A stretch of DNA of 63,842 bases, filler included, from Sphacelaria rigidula (GCA_964200075.2; 6 parts of 6 records of this genome joined end to end with filler, not necessarily neighbours in it), one strand, 5' to 3'; positions 1-13,123 are shown, counted from the whole stretch's first letter. Notes: a model not told the origin generated them from the letters alone. Program-made: numbers and translations.

Positions 1-96
1 GTGGGGAAAGCACTGTTTTGGGCTTGAGCCTCATCTCGAAGTTAAACCTCAATTCGCACAATTTGTTGTTGATTTGTGTTCCGTACTGTACTGATT

Positions 97-181
97 ACAC
101 TTTCTCTCGGGTAACAAGAGCCATTTCAATGATCTAAAGTGGACACTTTCCCTCTGGTAACAAGAGCCATTTCAATGATCT
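97..181. repeat. Tandem duplication, 46-bp period, 2 copies
   Basis: ACACTTTCYCTCKGGTAACAAGAGCCATTTCAATGATCT occurs at 97-135 and 143-181. Confidence 0.9.
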
Positions 182-354
182 GGACGTAGTTTCGAAAACC
201 GAACTGATTTGTTTTCATACAGTAGCTGTTCCGAATTTGGGTACATAATAACATGTTGATACCGCGTGTGTGACCTCTCGGCATAAGCTCTGCAGACGGA
301 AGTAAGTAGAGTAGAGCAACGAAAGCTCCAGATTGCAGCTGACACACCCCTCTC

Positions 355-450
355 CACCACGCTAGCAACAGTTAGGTCACCACCATAGGTATCTTCTTTC
401 ACTCCGCATGTCAAAAAAATCTCCACAAGTTTTTGATCTCTCTCTCTCTC
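355..450 (+). repeat. Dispersed retroposon-like 3' tail ending in (CT)n
   Basis: CAGTTAGGTCAC...TTCACTCCGCATG...TTTGATCTCTCTCTCT is shared with 2678-2772. Confidence 0.65.
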
Positions 451-574
451 ACACACACCCCAACTGGCCTGTGGCAGGCTCTTGTGGTCGGGATGGTCAG
501 ATACGTCATGTCGGGTGAAACCAACTGTGAATAACATTCCCCAAGTTCAAAGTGGGTCATCTGTTATTTTTGCC

Positions 575-945
575 GCAGCGTACCGTCCTTGCTGGCATGT
601 GTATGACAGAGAACAGTAGTAGCGGTGACGGGAACATTGCCCTGTTTTTCAGCGCACAGAGGCGCGTCCTGCCCAAAAAGAAGAGCAGAGAAAAATCTAT
701 CTTCGCTTTGGTGACCTTCAGAGACAAAGAGATGAAATATCGCCGCAGCTTGATGTTCTTTGGGGATACCTACCGGCACATGAGAAATTCGGCACGTGCT
801 GGTAACATGCATGATGCCAGTGTCTCGAGCGATTGGTAATCGCCCAGCGAGCACACACAAAAGACACGGGCGAGGAGCTTCCTCTCTGTCGTTGCTTCTC
901 TCTCTGGTGATATCGTCGTCGACACGCGTGTACACCGCGGTCGTT
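575..945 (-). repeat. Dispersed repeat, homologous in reverse complement to 17370-17780
   Basis: Shared blocks include GTGTACACGCGTGTCGAYGACGAT, GAAGCTCCTCGC, CAGGACG.GCCTCT and GAAAAACAGGGC.AT.TTCC.GTCACCGCTA. Confidence 0.75.
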
Positions 946-1616
946 CGGTGCATTTAATCACAATTGATGATTCACAGTTGCAGAGTTTGGAGGGGAAAGA
1001 TGGTTTCGCTCTGTGTTCCTGTTTCGCGTCATCCCTGCGAAAAAGATATGCCACTTAGATCTCATTTTTGAGATCGACCCCCATTTTTCAGGACCCGCTG
1101 TTAAGAAGTCAACAGCCTCTGTACACGTATCTCCAGGTGGACTTTACCCCCCAATTGCTGGCTATTTGTACTCTGCGCACGCCTGTTCGCCGGTTTCCGT
1201 CTCGGGATACTTCACTCTCTAGAGTCGAGAGTGGGTCAACAGCACCTACCTCCAGCCTATAAAACACGTAGTACACAACGTGTCTATTGTAACTTCCAGA
1301 CCTGCTATGGGAAAATGTGCACTGCACTGTAGTGAGATGCATGAACAGCATTTTTCAAAATTCACCTGTTTTTCCGGTGCTAGCTCGTGTACGAACGGAT
1401 GCATGCTGTCTGCAGCGTTCTGTTGTAGCGACGGTGTGTGTGGGGGTTACCACGCCGTGAACGCACAGGGCTGTGTAAAAGGGTGCACGTCGGGATATGC
1501 TTATAGTGCCGCGTTGGCGCGGCAGGTATGGCGCATACGATACAGCCGAGTACCACAGCTCCAATACGTTCAGTCGATGATATCTTCGAGACGCCAGCCG
1601 GCGTGTCGAAGTTTCC

Positions 1617-1812
1617 AAGGGTAGGTCGAGTAGAGTATACTCAATCGCGGGGTATTTTGAAAGTCGTACTTAAAGTACACAAATTGGGGGTAGGGTTTTA
1701 GGGATCGCTTTCCACTTATATTTCGGGTACGACTCACAACACTCTACCCTGATTTGCGTACCTCAAGTACGTCTTTCAAAATACCCCGCAATACGCTACT
1801 CGACCTGCCCTT
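1617..1812. mobile_element. MITE-like foldback with ~75-bp inverted arms
   Basis: The left arm AAGGGTAGGTCGAGTAG...GCGGGGTATTTTGAAAG.CGTACTT is the reverse complement of the right arm AAGTACGTCTTTCAAAATACCCCGC...CTACTCGACCTGCCCTT. No clean TSD. Confidence 0.75.
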
Positions 1813-2677
1813 GAAATTTTCGTGCGGACAGAAAAAAAAACCCCACGCGATCGGTTGTCCAGCTGCCTCAAGCCGAACAGAAAGCCTGAGCGTTGCGCTA
1901 CACAGTATGCAGACAATACGCGAAACATTGCGGTGGAAACCCGGGTTGAATTCTCGGATTGGACACCATGTGTTGGTCGGGCCACGAGGTGATACGGGAA
2001 TCACTCTCAAGGAACAAGCAAAGTCGGGGGTTGCGAAGTGTACTCAGCCGACGGAAGCAATTATTGCAATCGAGTGGAGAAACACTTTAGCTCGTGATTT
2101 CTAGACCTTTGAGTCCAAACCAGCACTGCATCATCATGCAAAACACAAACTCACTTTCACCTGCAGAGGAAAGCTCTTGACTTGCTTGCAAGCGAGATGC
2201 CTCCAAGTGGTAGGCTGATAGCTTTGGTATTAGGCGCTGCTACTGAGTATCTAAAAACCAGTTGCTAGGTATAGCTGGAAGTTGTGTCGGGCCAGGGGCC
2301 GGGGCGGAGCACGCCAAATTGGAACACAAGACCAACATGCGAACGGAATAAAACCTACTGCACATTCCACGCGTACTTCGAAACGCCAACTACATATACA
2401 GCCGATATCCGCCGAAACACAACCACTCTTCTCGAAAGCTATTCTTTGCAAGAGCTTTGCCGCTGGTGCTTGACGGCGTGGGTCACAAGTGCAGCGGTAA
2501 GTGGCTGATCATAAAACACCCTTGTTCCTGGTGAAACAATAACCCTATCTCGAATCAGCTTAGGAAGTCCTTATATGACACTCTTCTTTAGCATTGCAAC
2601 ACAAGCAAACACAAAGCAGCATCCGGCCAGTAATAATCAGAAAAGCTCAGATGATAGGGTGGCAGCCCCCATGGAGG

Positions 2678-2772
2678 TCACGCCAGCAATAGTTAGGTCA
2701 CTGCCAGAGGTGTCCTTTTTCACTCCGCATGCCAAGAGGTCCTCTACGAGTGTTTGATCTCTCTCTCTCTTT
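2678..2772 (+). repeat. Second copy of the (CT)n-ending retroposon-like tail
   Basis: Homologous to 355-450. Confidence 0.65.
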
Positions 2773-2785
2773 TTCCTTCACACTT

Positions 2786-3067
2786 TGAACCCCTCCCCTT
2801 CCTCGGAATGAGTCCGTGGCCTCGAGGGATCAACCCATCTCTCCCCCGGTACGTGCCTTTCATTTTGGTCTCGTGGATTGGGTCAGCACTCCCGAACCGC
2901 GTCAACTCACGTCACACAAACCCATTCGTCTACTTTGTTTACTCACGTTCTCACGCTTTCCACTGTGGAAATCATACATTACGAAGAAAAAACCCAACGC
3001 ATCGGAAATCGAACCCCCGTTCTCTCCATCCTAATGGCGAGAGTCGGACCATTACACCACCGGGGCG
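2786..3067 (-). mobile_element. tRNA-derived SINE
   Basis: The minus strand reads CGCCCCGGTGGTGTAATGG (A box, 3049-3059) ... GGTTCGATTTCC (B box, 3004-3015). The body is repeated at 3248-3560 and partly, inverted, near 40360-40410. Confidence 0.7.
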
Positions 3068-3247
3068 CGGCTCCATGGATATATATATATATATATATAT
3101 GATTTCAGCCACTTTACATGGTCTTAATAGCCTCGTGAGCGCACACCACCACCATCGTGAGGGAGAGCTTTCATTTTCCCTCGGTTTCCAAGTGCCGTGC
3201 GTGGAGACGTGCAGTTTGCGTGACTTTTTTTCCTCTTGCTTTCGCCT

Positions 3248-3560
3248 CTAACCCCTTCCCTTCCTCGGAACGACATGAGTTCGTGGTCCGAGAGGATCAA
3301 CCCATCTCTCCCCTGGTACAATCACGCCTTACATTGTCGGTATCGCAGGTTGGATCATGACTAACGCTCCCGCATCGCATGAACTCTCGTCAAACAAGCT
3401 CACTCAACTACTTCGTCGTTTACTCACTTACTCACGTTTCCAACGACTAAACCAAATACTTCCACAGAAGAAGCCAAACTAGGCGCATCTGACGAGAACC
3501 AAACTCACATCCCTCCCCCCCCTAATGGAGTCAGTTGTACCATTAGAACATCGGGTCGCG
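3248..3560 (-). mobile_element. Diverged second copy of the same SINE
   Basis: Shares CCCTTCCTCGGAA and GATCAACCCATCTCTCCC with 2786-3067. The Pol III head at ~3480-3560 is degenerate. Confidence 0.6.
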
Positions 3561-5169
3561 GCAGCATAGACAAATGAATCGTAGCGGACGGACAATCGGA
3601 CTAACAGGTGCAACCGGTTAAAAGGGAAGGTACTCGGAAGAACCTCGTAGGCCGCTACGAGCAGCTGCCGGTGCAAAGCGACAAGCAAGCAAAGTAAACA
3701 ATATTATCGTAAGATTGATAGTTCAGCGTTGATTGACAATGAGTCTTACTATTCGCTCTAAACGTGGCTATTTTTTCATTTCGGGTCTTTTTTTTGTACC
3801 CGTGACTCTGTGGGCTTACAGCTACACGTCAATACTCTACTCATGGATATCAAAGGCTTCAGAGGCAAGCTGCTACAGAAAGCGTGTCGGGTCTCGTGGA
3901 GTAGCATTTCGGAACTGATACCATTTCATTCATTCATTGACCGCTTCTCACTCTCGATCGTATCCTAGACTCTCAATCTCACGAAGATATTGTTAGTACT
4001 GTACTGTTGTGTGAGAGAGTGGGAGAGAGATAGAGGGGAAAGCACGCTAGGGTCGGAGAGCGTATTTATTTTCCAAAGAGGAGCAATGCTACGGTAGGGT
4101 TGCACTTTTTGCGCGACATGTTGTCTGGTTCAGGGGTTCCTAAAGATTCTAAATGCACAAGAATAGGGGTTAGGGCACTCCCGTTTGCAACTTCATTCCG
4201 GATATCCCCAGCACATTGGCATAGTAGTCCTGGCGTACTCTCATATATTTCATAAGTCGTGTATTGGATGAGAGAAAGGGTTACTAAAAATTTTAACCTC
4301 AGCAAATATTTGTGCAACCCTGCCGTAGCATCCCTCAGCGGGGGACAATGAACAAACCAAAGCAGAGCAGCAGCATCAGGGCTTCCTGCGTGTGGTCGTC
4401 CACGGTAGCATTATACTATTGCACTAGCCTGACCCGACGCAGCTTGAGCCCTTGGGCGTCATAACTCTTTTCAGAATATTTTCCGACCTGATCTTTGACG
4501 CCGGTAACCCCGAGGCAATAGCCGAGTATCTCCTCTTTTGTATACCTGTATCGTATATTCCAGGATCACCGACATATGACCCATGCATAGCTGTTTCATA
4601 CGTGAGCTTCTCTTGTTCTTCTTTTGTCTTTGCAAGCCTTCATCGCACCGTCAGTGTTTAATGCAGAGGGATGTGTTTCAATCCTGCGTTGTGTACCTTT
4701 CGTCGTACCGGTATTTGCAAATTTGTCCAACTTATGGGGCCTTCGTTTCATTTGCGGCATGAATGGATGCGTTTCCGTCAAACCTGTTGGCGATGAATTC
4801 CTCATTTTCTGCGTAGCGTAGGGCGGAGAAAAAATTGAATATTTTCATTTCCTTCGTGTGGAGCATCAATACCTACCGAACTTCCGAGTGAGGGCGGTCG
4901 GAGCTCCTCTGGATCTCTGGTGCGTACGTACCATCTGTGGAAATTCGACGACGCCAAAACTCCACATCACCGAAACATAGCGGTTTGGGGGACAACTCGA
5001 TCCCATAGTAACCGTTTTGAAATCCGTTTTTTCCCTCACATTTCCGAGCTGGTGATGGTTACGCAATGTGAAGCATGTGAAGATCAGGTATAAATTGGAT
5101 TGGGAATTCACATTTTGAAATTCAGAACAAAATCTAGGCCGCTGATTGATCGAGGTACGAGTATCAAGT

Positions 5170-5976
5170 TGTCTTTTCTTCGATCGAAAAAGTGCGGGCG
5201 ATTTTTTTCTGCCGATCTGCAAGGTCCACCGCATTTATGTTCCTAGAAGGCTTCAACTCAAAATTACAACTAGCGGTGCGCGGAGAAAAACTATTCGAGA
5301 CAAAAATAATCCTTTTCGATCGAAAAAATTCGGTTGACAGGCACGAAGCGGCACTTGACTCCTATCTTACAGACCACCACGCCAGATAACACCTGTTCAC
5401 AGGACGATGCAAATTCCATCCAACTCATCCTCAGCCATCACCGCAACCCTGCAGCATAGAGCATGAGTTAAGCACAGGGATAGATACACTGCAGTAGTTG
5501 GGTATGCTTTGTTTATCTTTGGTTGGTGAAAACTTGCGCATCTTCATTCATGATAGGGACCAGCTACGAAACTGCGTGGTACGGTGGGCAACCGAGTTGC
5601 GTGCACGCTCATGGACAGTACAGGCAGTAAAAAGCTGCACGTTGCTGAAGTCCTCTTCGCGTCGCATTGTAAGCAGAGAGGACTATTAGTCCTGGAATGT
5701 CTGCACTGCACGTTGCCCGCTTCTCTTTCACGTCCTCTTGTACGGAACACGCACACACGCGTTCAAGACACTGCCTGCACGCAGTGCAGACAGTACAGAT
5801 TGTCTGTACTGTACATGAGTGGCCATGTACCATTTCACGAATTTCACTGTTTTTTTAGATCGAAAGCTAGAAAACCTATTTGGACTCAACTACACACCAA
5901 AACGAGAAAATTTCGCTCAAATCGATTCCGCCGCCTCATTTTTTCGATCGGAAAAAAAGGTGCTAAGACACGTCCT
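5170..5976. mobile_element. PIF/Harbinger-type MITE copy with eroded left end
   Basis: Collinear with 52275-53093 (CGATCGAAAAAGTGCG...GGCACTTGACTCCT.TCTTACAGACCACCACG...GGGCAACCGAGTTGCGTGCACGCTCATGGACAG). Ends AAGACACGTCC followed by TTA. Confidence 0.75.
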
Positions 5977-8576
5977 TAGCGCCACCAGTATGGTCTTAGA
6001 CAGAATCCAGCTATTAATATGCCATCCTCTCCATGGTGGTCAGTTTGATAGCGTGTATGACCGTTCTGACCAATCACGGCTTCAAAATGGTCACTTTATT
6101 ACCCTACAGGTAGACCACATACAGATGGACTACTGTTCTGTCGGGACGTACTTATCATTTTGACCTTGACAATTCAACCATAGGTGACATGGGGACAAGT
6201 AATGTTTTTTACTGTGCTCGTGGTCTTTGCCACCTGCCTGACCCCTTGTGTTGCCAGGGTAGGGAGGGCGATGGCACGCTGACTGTTTCTTGCCGTTGTA
6301 TCCAACGGAGACCTACAGCACACATTCATAACGGCTCTGCACGTCATAGACTGCATACCCAACACCGATCAAGGGTTCTCCGGGACTGCTTTCTGTATGA
6401 TGCCCAACATCCGTACGCTCATGAAAACAGCGTTTTGTATGGTAAGAAAACTTGAAGAGTTTAGAGGCTGCTGAGAAAATCGGGAATCCAGCTAGAAGTA
6501 AAACTGGGCGCACGAAATATCGGGAAAATGCGCCAAAATCCTTTTGTGAAGCATAGCAAATCTTTCGGAGAAGGGCAAATCGGACAAGCCCCGTATTCCG
6601 CCAAATATCCGCGATGAAAAGCTCGAAAAAGGCATTGTTCCCAGAGTCTGTGTCCTGGCTATAAGAAGCGGCGGTTAACCCTTAGGCCGCCGGAGGTGCT
6701 GTAAGAACAACTTCAATTTTCGCAATATTCCAGTGGAATATATTATCCGACCATGATAGGTGTGTGGCATCTGGGGTCCAACCTTTTTCTTGCTTTTTTT
6801 AGCTCGCACTAGGCGACCTTACATTGGATCCGCTACTGTGCGTTCTCAAAGAGTGGATGGGGCGTCGTGCGACTGGCGTGGTAAGGCCGTCGGTGGCAAA
6901 CTGGCGCCGACCGCTGCTGTTGTGCTGTACTGCCTGTCTGTGCTCTTCTTCGTTTTACTGCATTGCACCATGAACGGGACATGTCGGTAGTCAAAACATC
7001 ACGAGATCCTCAGGAAACGGTAGTGAATACGTACTGCAGTGTCGTATACTTCTGCCTGTCCGAGGTACACTGCACTACTCTGGACCCGGTCATCAGTCAC
7101 CTCTATCTCGGTTTTCTCGAACACTTTCAGCGGCCACGCCACAAAAAAACATACTCCGTACTCGTACAGAGATCTCCAAGAGATGATTTGATACATGGCA
7201 CGGGACATCACTCCTGAAGTTCATTTTTTCCCTTTTTATCGAGAAGATCGAGGCTGAAAACTACCGTAGCTTACGATGTATACTAGCCCGGGTGGTATTC
7301 AGGGGGTGGTATACAACGTAACGGTCATGTACGCCGTCGTCTACAATAGTAGTAGCAGGTGGGGGTGCTATACTTCGTCATCTACACCAGGGAACATAAC
7401 TGGATTTGTGCTGTGTACAGTGCAATTACCCGAGGGGATGGTGATGCAATCAACAGAGAATACCCCTTATGTCCCATTTTTCATGGACTGGCTGCACTGC
7501 TCTGTGATGTCTGGCTACTGCAGCTATTCTGTAGATACTGGAGCTCACTTGATTATTCGAGATCTCCATCGCACACAGGTGCATGCACACTTGAAAACTA
7601 CAAGTATGATAAAAGCTGATACTATTGTACTGTAGTTGCAGTCGCCTCGTCTCAACGAACAAAACATAACTTTGATCCACACGAAGACCCCTGGCAGTAT
7701 ACTACAGGAAACTTGTGCAACACTAAAGCCTCGCTGATTGCAAATGGAAAACATGGCTAGCCGCGGAGATAATCTTACCAACAGAAACACAAACTTGAAA
7801 GTCCATGCGCACCTGCTGATTGTTCCCGGAACGAACCCGGAACAACCACAACGATGCGGGCAAAATGCTCGGGCTGCCCAAGCGGCGGCGTTCCTGTGAT
7901 GGATCCTCAGAGTCACAGTGAGCTGTGGATAGTCGACCCGCGCTGCTATCCTTCTTCGCGGATAACTGTTGAAAGAAAAATCACGGAGAGAGACAATGAC
8001 GCTGGTACTGGGGCAATAGGTTGGAGTTGCCAAGCTCGGCCCTACTGTGTGTCTGTTTGTGGCTCAGCCTCGAAAGAAACGACTGACGAAACGTTCGACT
8101 TTGGTCATATTCCATTCCAAGGGAAACCCTCATCATTGCGCGGGTGTACACGTTCTTCTGACGTCATTGATGTGATGTTTTTTTCGAAAATATATTATAT
8201 GCTCAAAAGGGAATACTCTACAGGTTTTCGATACCCCGATACTACATTTCCTTTCTTTCCGTCTGCCGTACTACATACCACCGCGGGTCTGACACTAACC
8301 GAGAAATATATGATTTGAAAAAATAAGCACGTTTTTCAATTTTCACGACATGGCCAGACCAACGCGACGAGGTGTACACTACTGCTCGTATCCGTGCAAT
8401 GCCAAGAGCAAGCCTGCGTTAAAGGCTGGTGTTGCGGTTTCAGTTGCCTTTATATTTCTCAGGGGAGGGGGGGCAGAGACTCGGGGGAAGTGCTACCGCA
8501 CAGCAGTCAAATTGACAGCGCAACGATACAGCAGCAGCAGTAGCATCGAATCATCGAAATCACCCAAATCAGACAC

Positions 8577-8879
8577 ATGAATCCTTATGCGAGGACTTTC
8601 GAAGGACCTACACGTGCACCTACATCAACATCAACAACAGCACCAACAACAGAATCAAGCAGTACTGCAGATGGGCAACAAGGTATTGCTGTTGAGGTAG
8701 AACGTGACCACCATCAAGGGGCTTGGAACGAAGATGAACACGAAGAAAGAGGAGACAGTGGGGAGGGAGAACACAACAACGCGTTTTACGGTGACGGTGG
8801 GTATGTGGTCTACGGAGATCATCCGCAGCCTGGAGGGTATCACGACGGCTATGATCCGGCCTACGGTCACCAACATCAG
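8577..8879 (+). CDS. Probable first coding exon of an unknown gene with an N-terminal PAM2-like motif; rest of gene not resolved
   Basis: ATG at 8577 opens 101 codons of protein-like low-complexity sequence (T/S-rich, acidic, then G/Y/H-rich) ending at a CAG|GTTTGC donor. MNPYARTFEGP resembles the PAM2 core LNxxAxEFxP. Confidence 0.5.
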
Positions 8880-9309
8880 GTTTGCTCATTCAGTGTACGT
8901 GGAGTCCTCATGAATCGGTTGTGTGAATGTCAAAGTACAGTCAGGGTAGTCTTACCGTGTAACGGTCATGTTGAACGCAACCGTTTCTGTGAGTGCACTG
9001 AACTGCGCTGTACCTGTTGCCTGTTGTACTGCACGGTAACGTTTTTGCGGCCAAACCTCCACCTCTTGGTGGGAGGGGGAGGTTGTGCGGTTCTTGCGGT
9101 GTACACGTGGACGTGCGTGGACGGCGAAATAGTTCAGGGAATCCCACAGGGGGTGGCTAAGGTAGCCCGGAGAAACGTCACGAATACTTCCCGAAGAGAG
9201 GGGCCACGCGATCTCCAATGCTTACTTCTGCGGGTATGTAGCATATGGGTCCGGTCTGAGGCGTCGGGGGTTACGCCGCGTGCGTCGTGAGCCCCCCCCC
9301 CTCCTCCCC

Positions 9310-9742
9310 TAGTGTTGGATATCGAGCCATTTAGCACTTCGATACGATATCGACTTTTTCAGCGTTCGATATCGATAATTTTCGATAATTTTCGATAACT
9401 TTCGATAATTTTCGGCGAAGCCTAACCTCGGCAAGCGCAGCGAGTCCGCTCGCTGTGCGAGCACCAAATGCCCCCCACCCACCCACCCCCGCGGCTCGTG
9501 AGGCGGCCCCTCTGGAGGCGCCGCCGGAGGCGAGAAAATTGGGATACATTACTTTATTTTAGATTCCCATCGAAATTGGCCTAATCAAGGTCTCCTAGCC
9601 TAGGAAAAAACTTGTCCAGATCCGACAAAACCCGAGAGTCACACCGCACGTTTTATCGTTTTATCGAAATGTTTTCGATACGATGACGATGACGATACTT
9701 CGATACGATATATCGAAACTTTCGGTACGATATCGAACACTA
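9310..9742. mobile_element. hAT-like MITE
   Basis: TIRs TAGTGTTGGATATCG / CGATATCGAACACTA, with many subterminal TCGATA/CGATA motifs. The 8-bp flanks match only 5/8 (TCCTCCCC vs CCCTCAAC). Confidence 0.7.
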
Positions 9743-10559
9743 CCCTCAACCCTTCGACCACGAAGATATTTGGGATCTGTACTTTAGGACCAAGCGTGTA
9801 CTAGAGGTGCATGGAGACGCCTGGACTCGAATGGACTGCTCCGCGATGAAAGAATTAACCCTGAACCTTTTTGGCGTAAATCCATATTTCGGAGTAAATA
9901 TACCCGACTGTCCTCCCACCCCGGCAACCCCGAGTACGCTGCTACAGTACAGTTAGTACTGTTTCAGGCGGACGTCAGGGGGAAAGTCTTGGGGAGGTGG
10001 GCCGATCCCACCCTCAGCTAACTCCCATAGCCTCCCGAATGTTGGATAAGAACTACATACATTTTTGTATAAACATAACTCATACTGTAGTGAAGTAATT
10101 GACGCTCCGACAGTGTACTGGAGTGATGAACATGAACACGACTGAGCACGCGTTGAAGGCGCCAATCGAGCTACTGTAGTGGCATTGCTAGCAACATCTC
10201 CAATAACAAGAAATACGGTACCGAATATTCCACACATTGGACAGCCCATGAGAGCTATCTAAAATAACTGATCGAAGAGGACTCTTAGATCCGTTGTCCA
10301 AGAACACACAATACAAGTGACCGCGGGGTCCCGAGAAGCCAAAGCGCTACCTTTGCGCTACTCCGCGTACTCGGCGTCCAGCGCTGCAGGTAGCAAACAT
10401 AAAATAAAGAGGGCTGAATGAGCTTACTCATGATTGAGATCACTATGCTAGCAGGAAAAACTGTTTCGGTAGCTTATTATTTTTGGTAATGTGTCTTGTC
10501 AGGAATAGCAGGAAACGGTATTGGAAAGGCGAGCCCACGTCTGTGACCACGGGTTCGCG

Positions 10560-10659
10560 NNNNNNNNNNNNNNNNNNNNNNNNNNNNNNNNNNNNNNNNN
10601 NNNTTAATTAATTAANNNNNNNNNNNNNNNNNNNNNNNNNNNNNNNNNNNNNNNNNNNN
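10560..10659. other. Artificial contig linker
   Basis: N44-TTAATTAATTAA-N44; the 12-mer puts a stop in all six frames. Confidence 0.98.
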
Positions 10660-10865
10660 GTGTGCGCTCCGTTTCCGGTACTCGTCAGTCATCTCCACTT
10701 TGGGCCGCTGCTGTTGGGGGCATCCGCCTCTTTCCCTTGTTCTTGGGTTTGATGGTGGTATTCTCACCTCGAATCGTCCGCTGCAATAGAGCAACACCCC
10801 CCCCCCACATCGGGAGACTACAAGTTGTCTGCTGTCTGCTGTGCGGCATTTATTTGTACACTGCG

Positions 10866-10960
10866 TGTGCGTGTGTTGTCGTCCCATCTATTGTGGACGC
10901 CGGTCTAGACCTCTTGGTGTATGTGGGCGCACCAGCCGGGGTCACACACACAGAAGGTCC
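10866..10960 (-). mobile_element. 3' fragment of the SINE family at 34512-34865
   Basis: The reverse complement matches TGACCCCGGCTG.TGCGCCCAC...TAGACCGGCGTCCA.AATAGATG.GACGACAACAC. Confidence 0.65.
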
Positions 10961-11863
10961 GTGTTCAGGTTTTGAAAATATAAAACACTGCAGAACTGTC
11001 TCGTCTGCTATTGAGTATAGTATTCTGCAGCTCATATACCACTGCAGAGTTATCTGGTGCTGAGTGTACCACCCTGTACTCAAGATAATGGGGTCATGTT
11101 TTCAGCAGTTTTTTAGAAGTCTTCCGAAAAAAACGAGAGTGTTTTCTGTCACAGAAATCTATAGCCGAAACTGAAATAGCCTGAGACAACAACCAATTTG
11201 AAAATTGGAATAGAAGTAGCCAACGGGTCACCGTTAGCGTCACACACACTGTAACATCACGCGTTACACGACACGTTCACGTTACGTTTATCACGCAAAA
11301 TTTATTCAACATTGACATCACGTTCATCACGTTAAACAGAAATGGCGTTACGTTTCGTTACATGTAACGTAATATTGAACCGTTTCAATGTCACGTGTAA
11401 CGTCTAATATGACGATACGTTGACACGTTTAATGTTCAAATGTAACGCTTCATTCTGTGCATGTCGCGGCTCATTTACCAGTATTTCGACGGCAAAGCGA
11501 AATAAGTGATTGCAACTTATCGCCTTGGTTGCGGAAGGACGGAAGAATTCCTCGCCTCTACTGCATACGGTAAGGCTCGGAAAACTGTCCGTTTTCCTCT
11601 GCCGTCTGCGCGGGAGTAAAGTACAAAGGCGCACGCGTGAAGGATAGTGCTCGATTACTTCTAAAATTAGGCGTACAGCATGCTGTGAGTCTGCGTCAAG
11701 GCTTGTCGTGCATGTGAGAAAAAGATCTCCCAGCATGACCATGTCAATCCTGCACCACGACCGGGCGCCTTCAACCTTTCATGAAGGCAGAAGCCCGAGT
11801 TCCGGGTGCCGCGAGGCGCTCCGTTAGCAGGCCGATGAAAGTTCTCCAAAAATCAACGCTCTC

Positions 11864-13123
11864 CTAACCACACATGCCCAGCATAAGCCAGCCAATGGCA
11901 ACGCCTTCCAAGACGCTCAACAGTGGCACCTCAAGTACATCCCGGAACGTACACTCGCGGCTGTCAGCGCAGTGCAGTGCGCCATCGTTACACTTCAGCC
12001 GCACGCTGGCCGATCCGACAAGGATGTCCTCGGCGCCGTCTGTACCTTCCGCCGCCGCCGACCCAAGAAATTCCTGCCCATCGGTATCCACGGATGACCC
12101 CCGAGTGGTTGCCTGGGATGATTGGCCTTGCAGCGAGTGGTGACAGCGGTTGTCGTCACTTCTACTGTACGCGAAGATTCGCAACGAAGGCGCCACCAGC
12201 CCGCGTACTGCTGGCCTCGCGAGATGGAGAACCACGGTCTCTCCGAACGTCCAACAAGTGTCGCCTCCTTCACGACCACCATTCCCATCGGTTTCTCCTC
12301 GTTGCCGTCGGTGCCACATCGTCGGTCGTACGATTTTCGGGTAATGCGCGACCGTTTGGTGCCTCATCTGGCCGACCTGCAGTACAAAGTACAGAGCGCT
12401 GCCGAAGCGCCCCTTTCGACGTCTGGCGAAGCACTGTTCGCGCCCTGGCAGAGCATAGAGGGTGTCTAATCTTAGGATCACTTGGCGAGAAGGACTACAT
12501 GTTCGGCCCCTCGCGCATGATTGGCAACGCTTCAGACGGCCTGCGGAATGTGTTGGCTTCCCCTCAAATATCTTGCCTGTCGATATTCCGTTGATTTCCA
12601 TCATTTCGGCTGCCGTCTGCCTTCCGGTACTCCGCAGATTTGCGCGATGCGACGGGCCGTGTCGACCTCGTGTTGTCCCCTTCTCGAGAAATCGCTGGAG
12701 AGACGAGGTGCATCCCGTGCGGACATCATCTTCTACAGATGCCCTTTCACGACGGCCACTTTCTCCCATAAAAGCTGTTGCACATGGTGACTTCCGTCCA
12801 CTGGACGTGCGAGTCAGCCCAGGTTCAACAGGCGTGATCACCAGTGGTTCTCGAGCGGTTTCCTCCTCGTCGTCGCTCCCGCTCTCGTGACGTTCAGGCG
12901 CAACGACTGCGTTCTCAACCTCTGAACCTTCAGATAATGTCATCATTAATCGCGGTTGATTCGTTCCTACATCGCCGGCGAAGCGATCACTCCCGTCGCG
13001 GAAATGCACCGTCGTCTCCATTTTCACGGCTGACTCGAACGCAACGCTGCTCTTGGGACGGGACTCCTCTCGATGCACACCCTCTTTCCCCTCGCAGATG
13101 AAACACAAAAATTGAGCACGCAT
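11864..13123 (-). CDS. C-terminal part of a large unknown protein with a C2-like domain
   Basis: 419-aa ORF whose strand pattern VILRLDTLYALP...LYFVLQVGQMRHQT...WTFGETVVLHL...LRIFAYS...DILVGSASVRL...IGWLMLGM fits a C2 beta-sandwich. Same frame as 13352-15571. Confidence 0.6.
   Translation of the reverse strand: MRAQFLCFICEGKEGVHREESRPKSSVAFESAVKMETTVHFRDGSDRFAGDVGTNQPRLMMTLSEGSEVENAVVAPERHESGSDDEEETAREPLVITPVEPGLTRTSSGRKSPCATAFMGESGRRERASVEDDVRTGCTSSLQRFLEKGTTRGRHGPSHRANLRSTGRQTAAEMMEINGISTGKIFEGKPTHSAGRLKRCQSCARGRTCSPSRQVILRLDTLYALPGREQCFARRRKGRFGSALYFVLQVGQMRHQTVAHYPKIVRPTMWHRRQRGETDGNGGREGGDTCWTFGETVVLHLARPAVRGLVAPSLRIFAYSRSDDNRCHHSLQGQSSQATTRGSSVDTDGQEFLGSAAAEGTDGAEDILVGSASVRLKCNDGALHCADSRECTFRDVLEVPLLSVLEGVAIGWLMLGMCG

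Noticed and set aside
10604-10615. TTAATTAATTAA recurring every ~10.66 kb as a biological periodic signal
   Set aside because: It always sits in the centre of N runs and is a synthetic six-frame stop linker.
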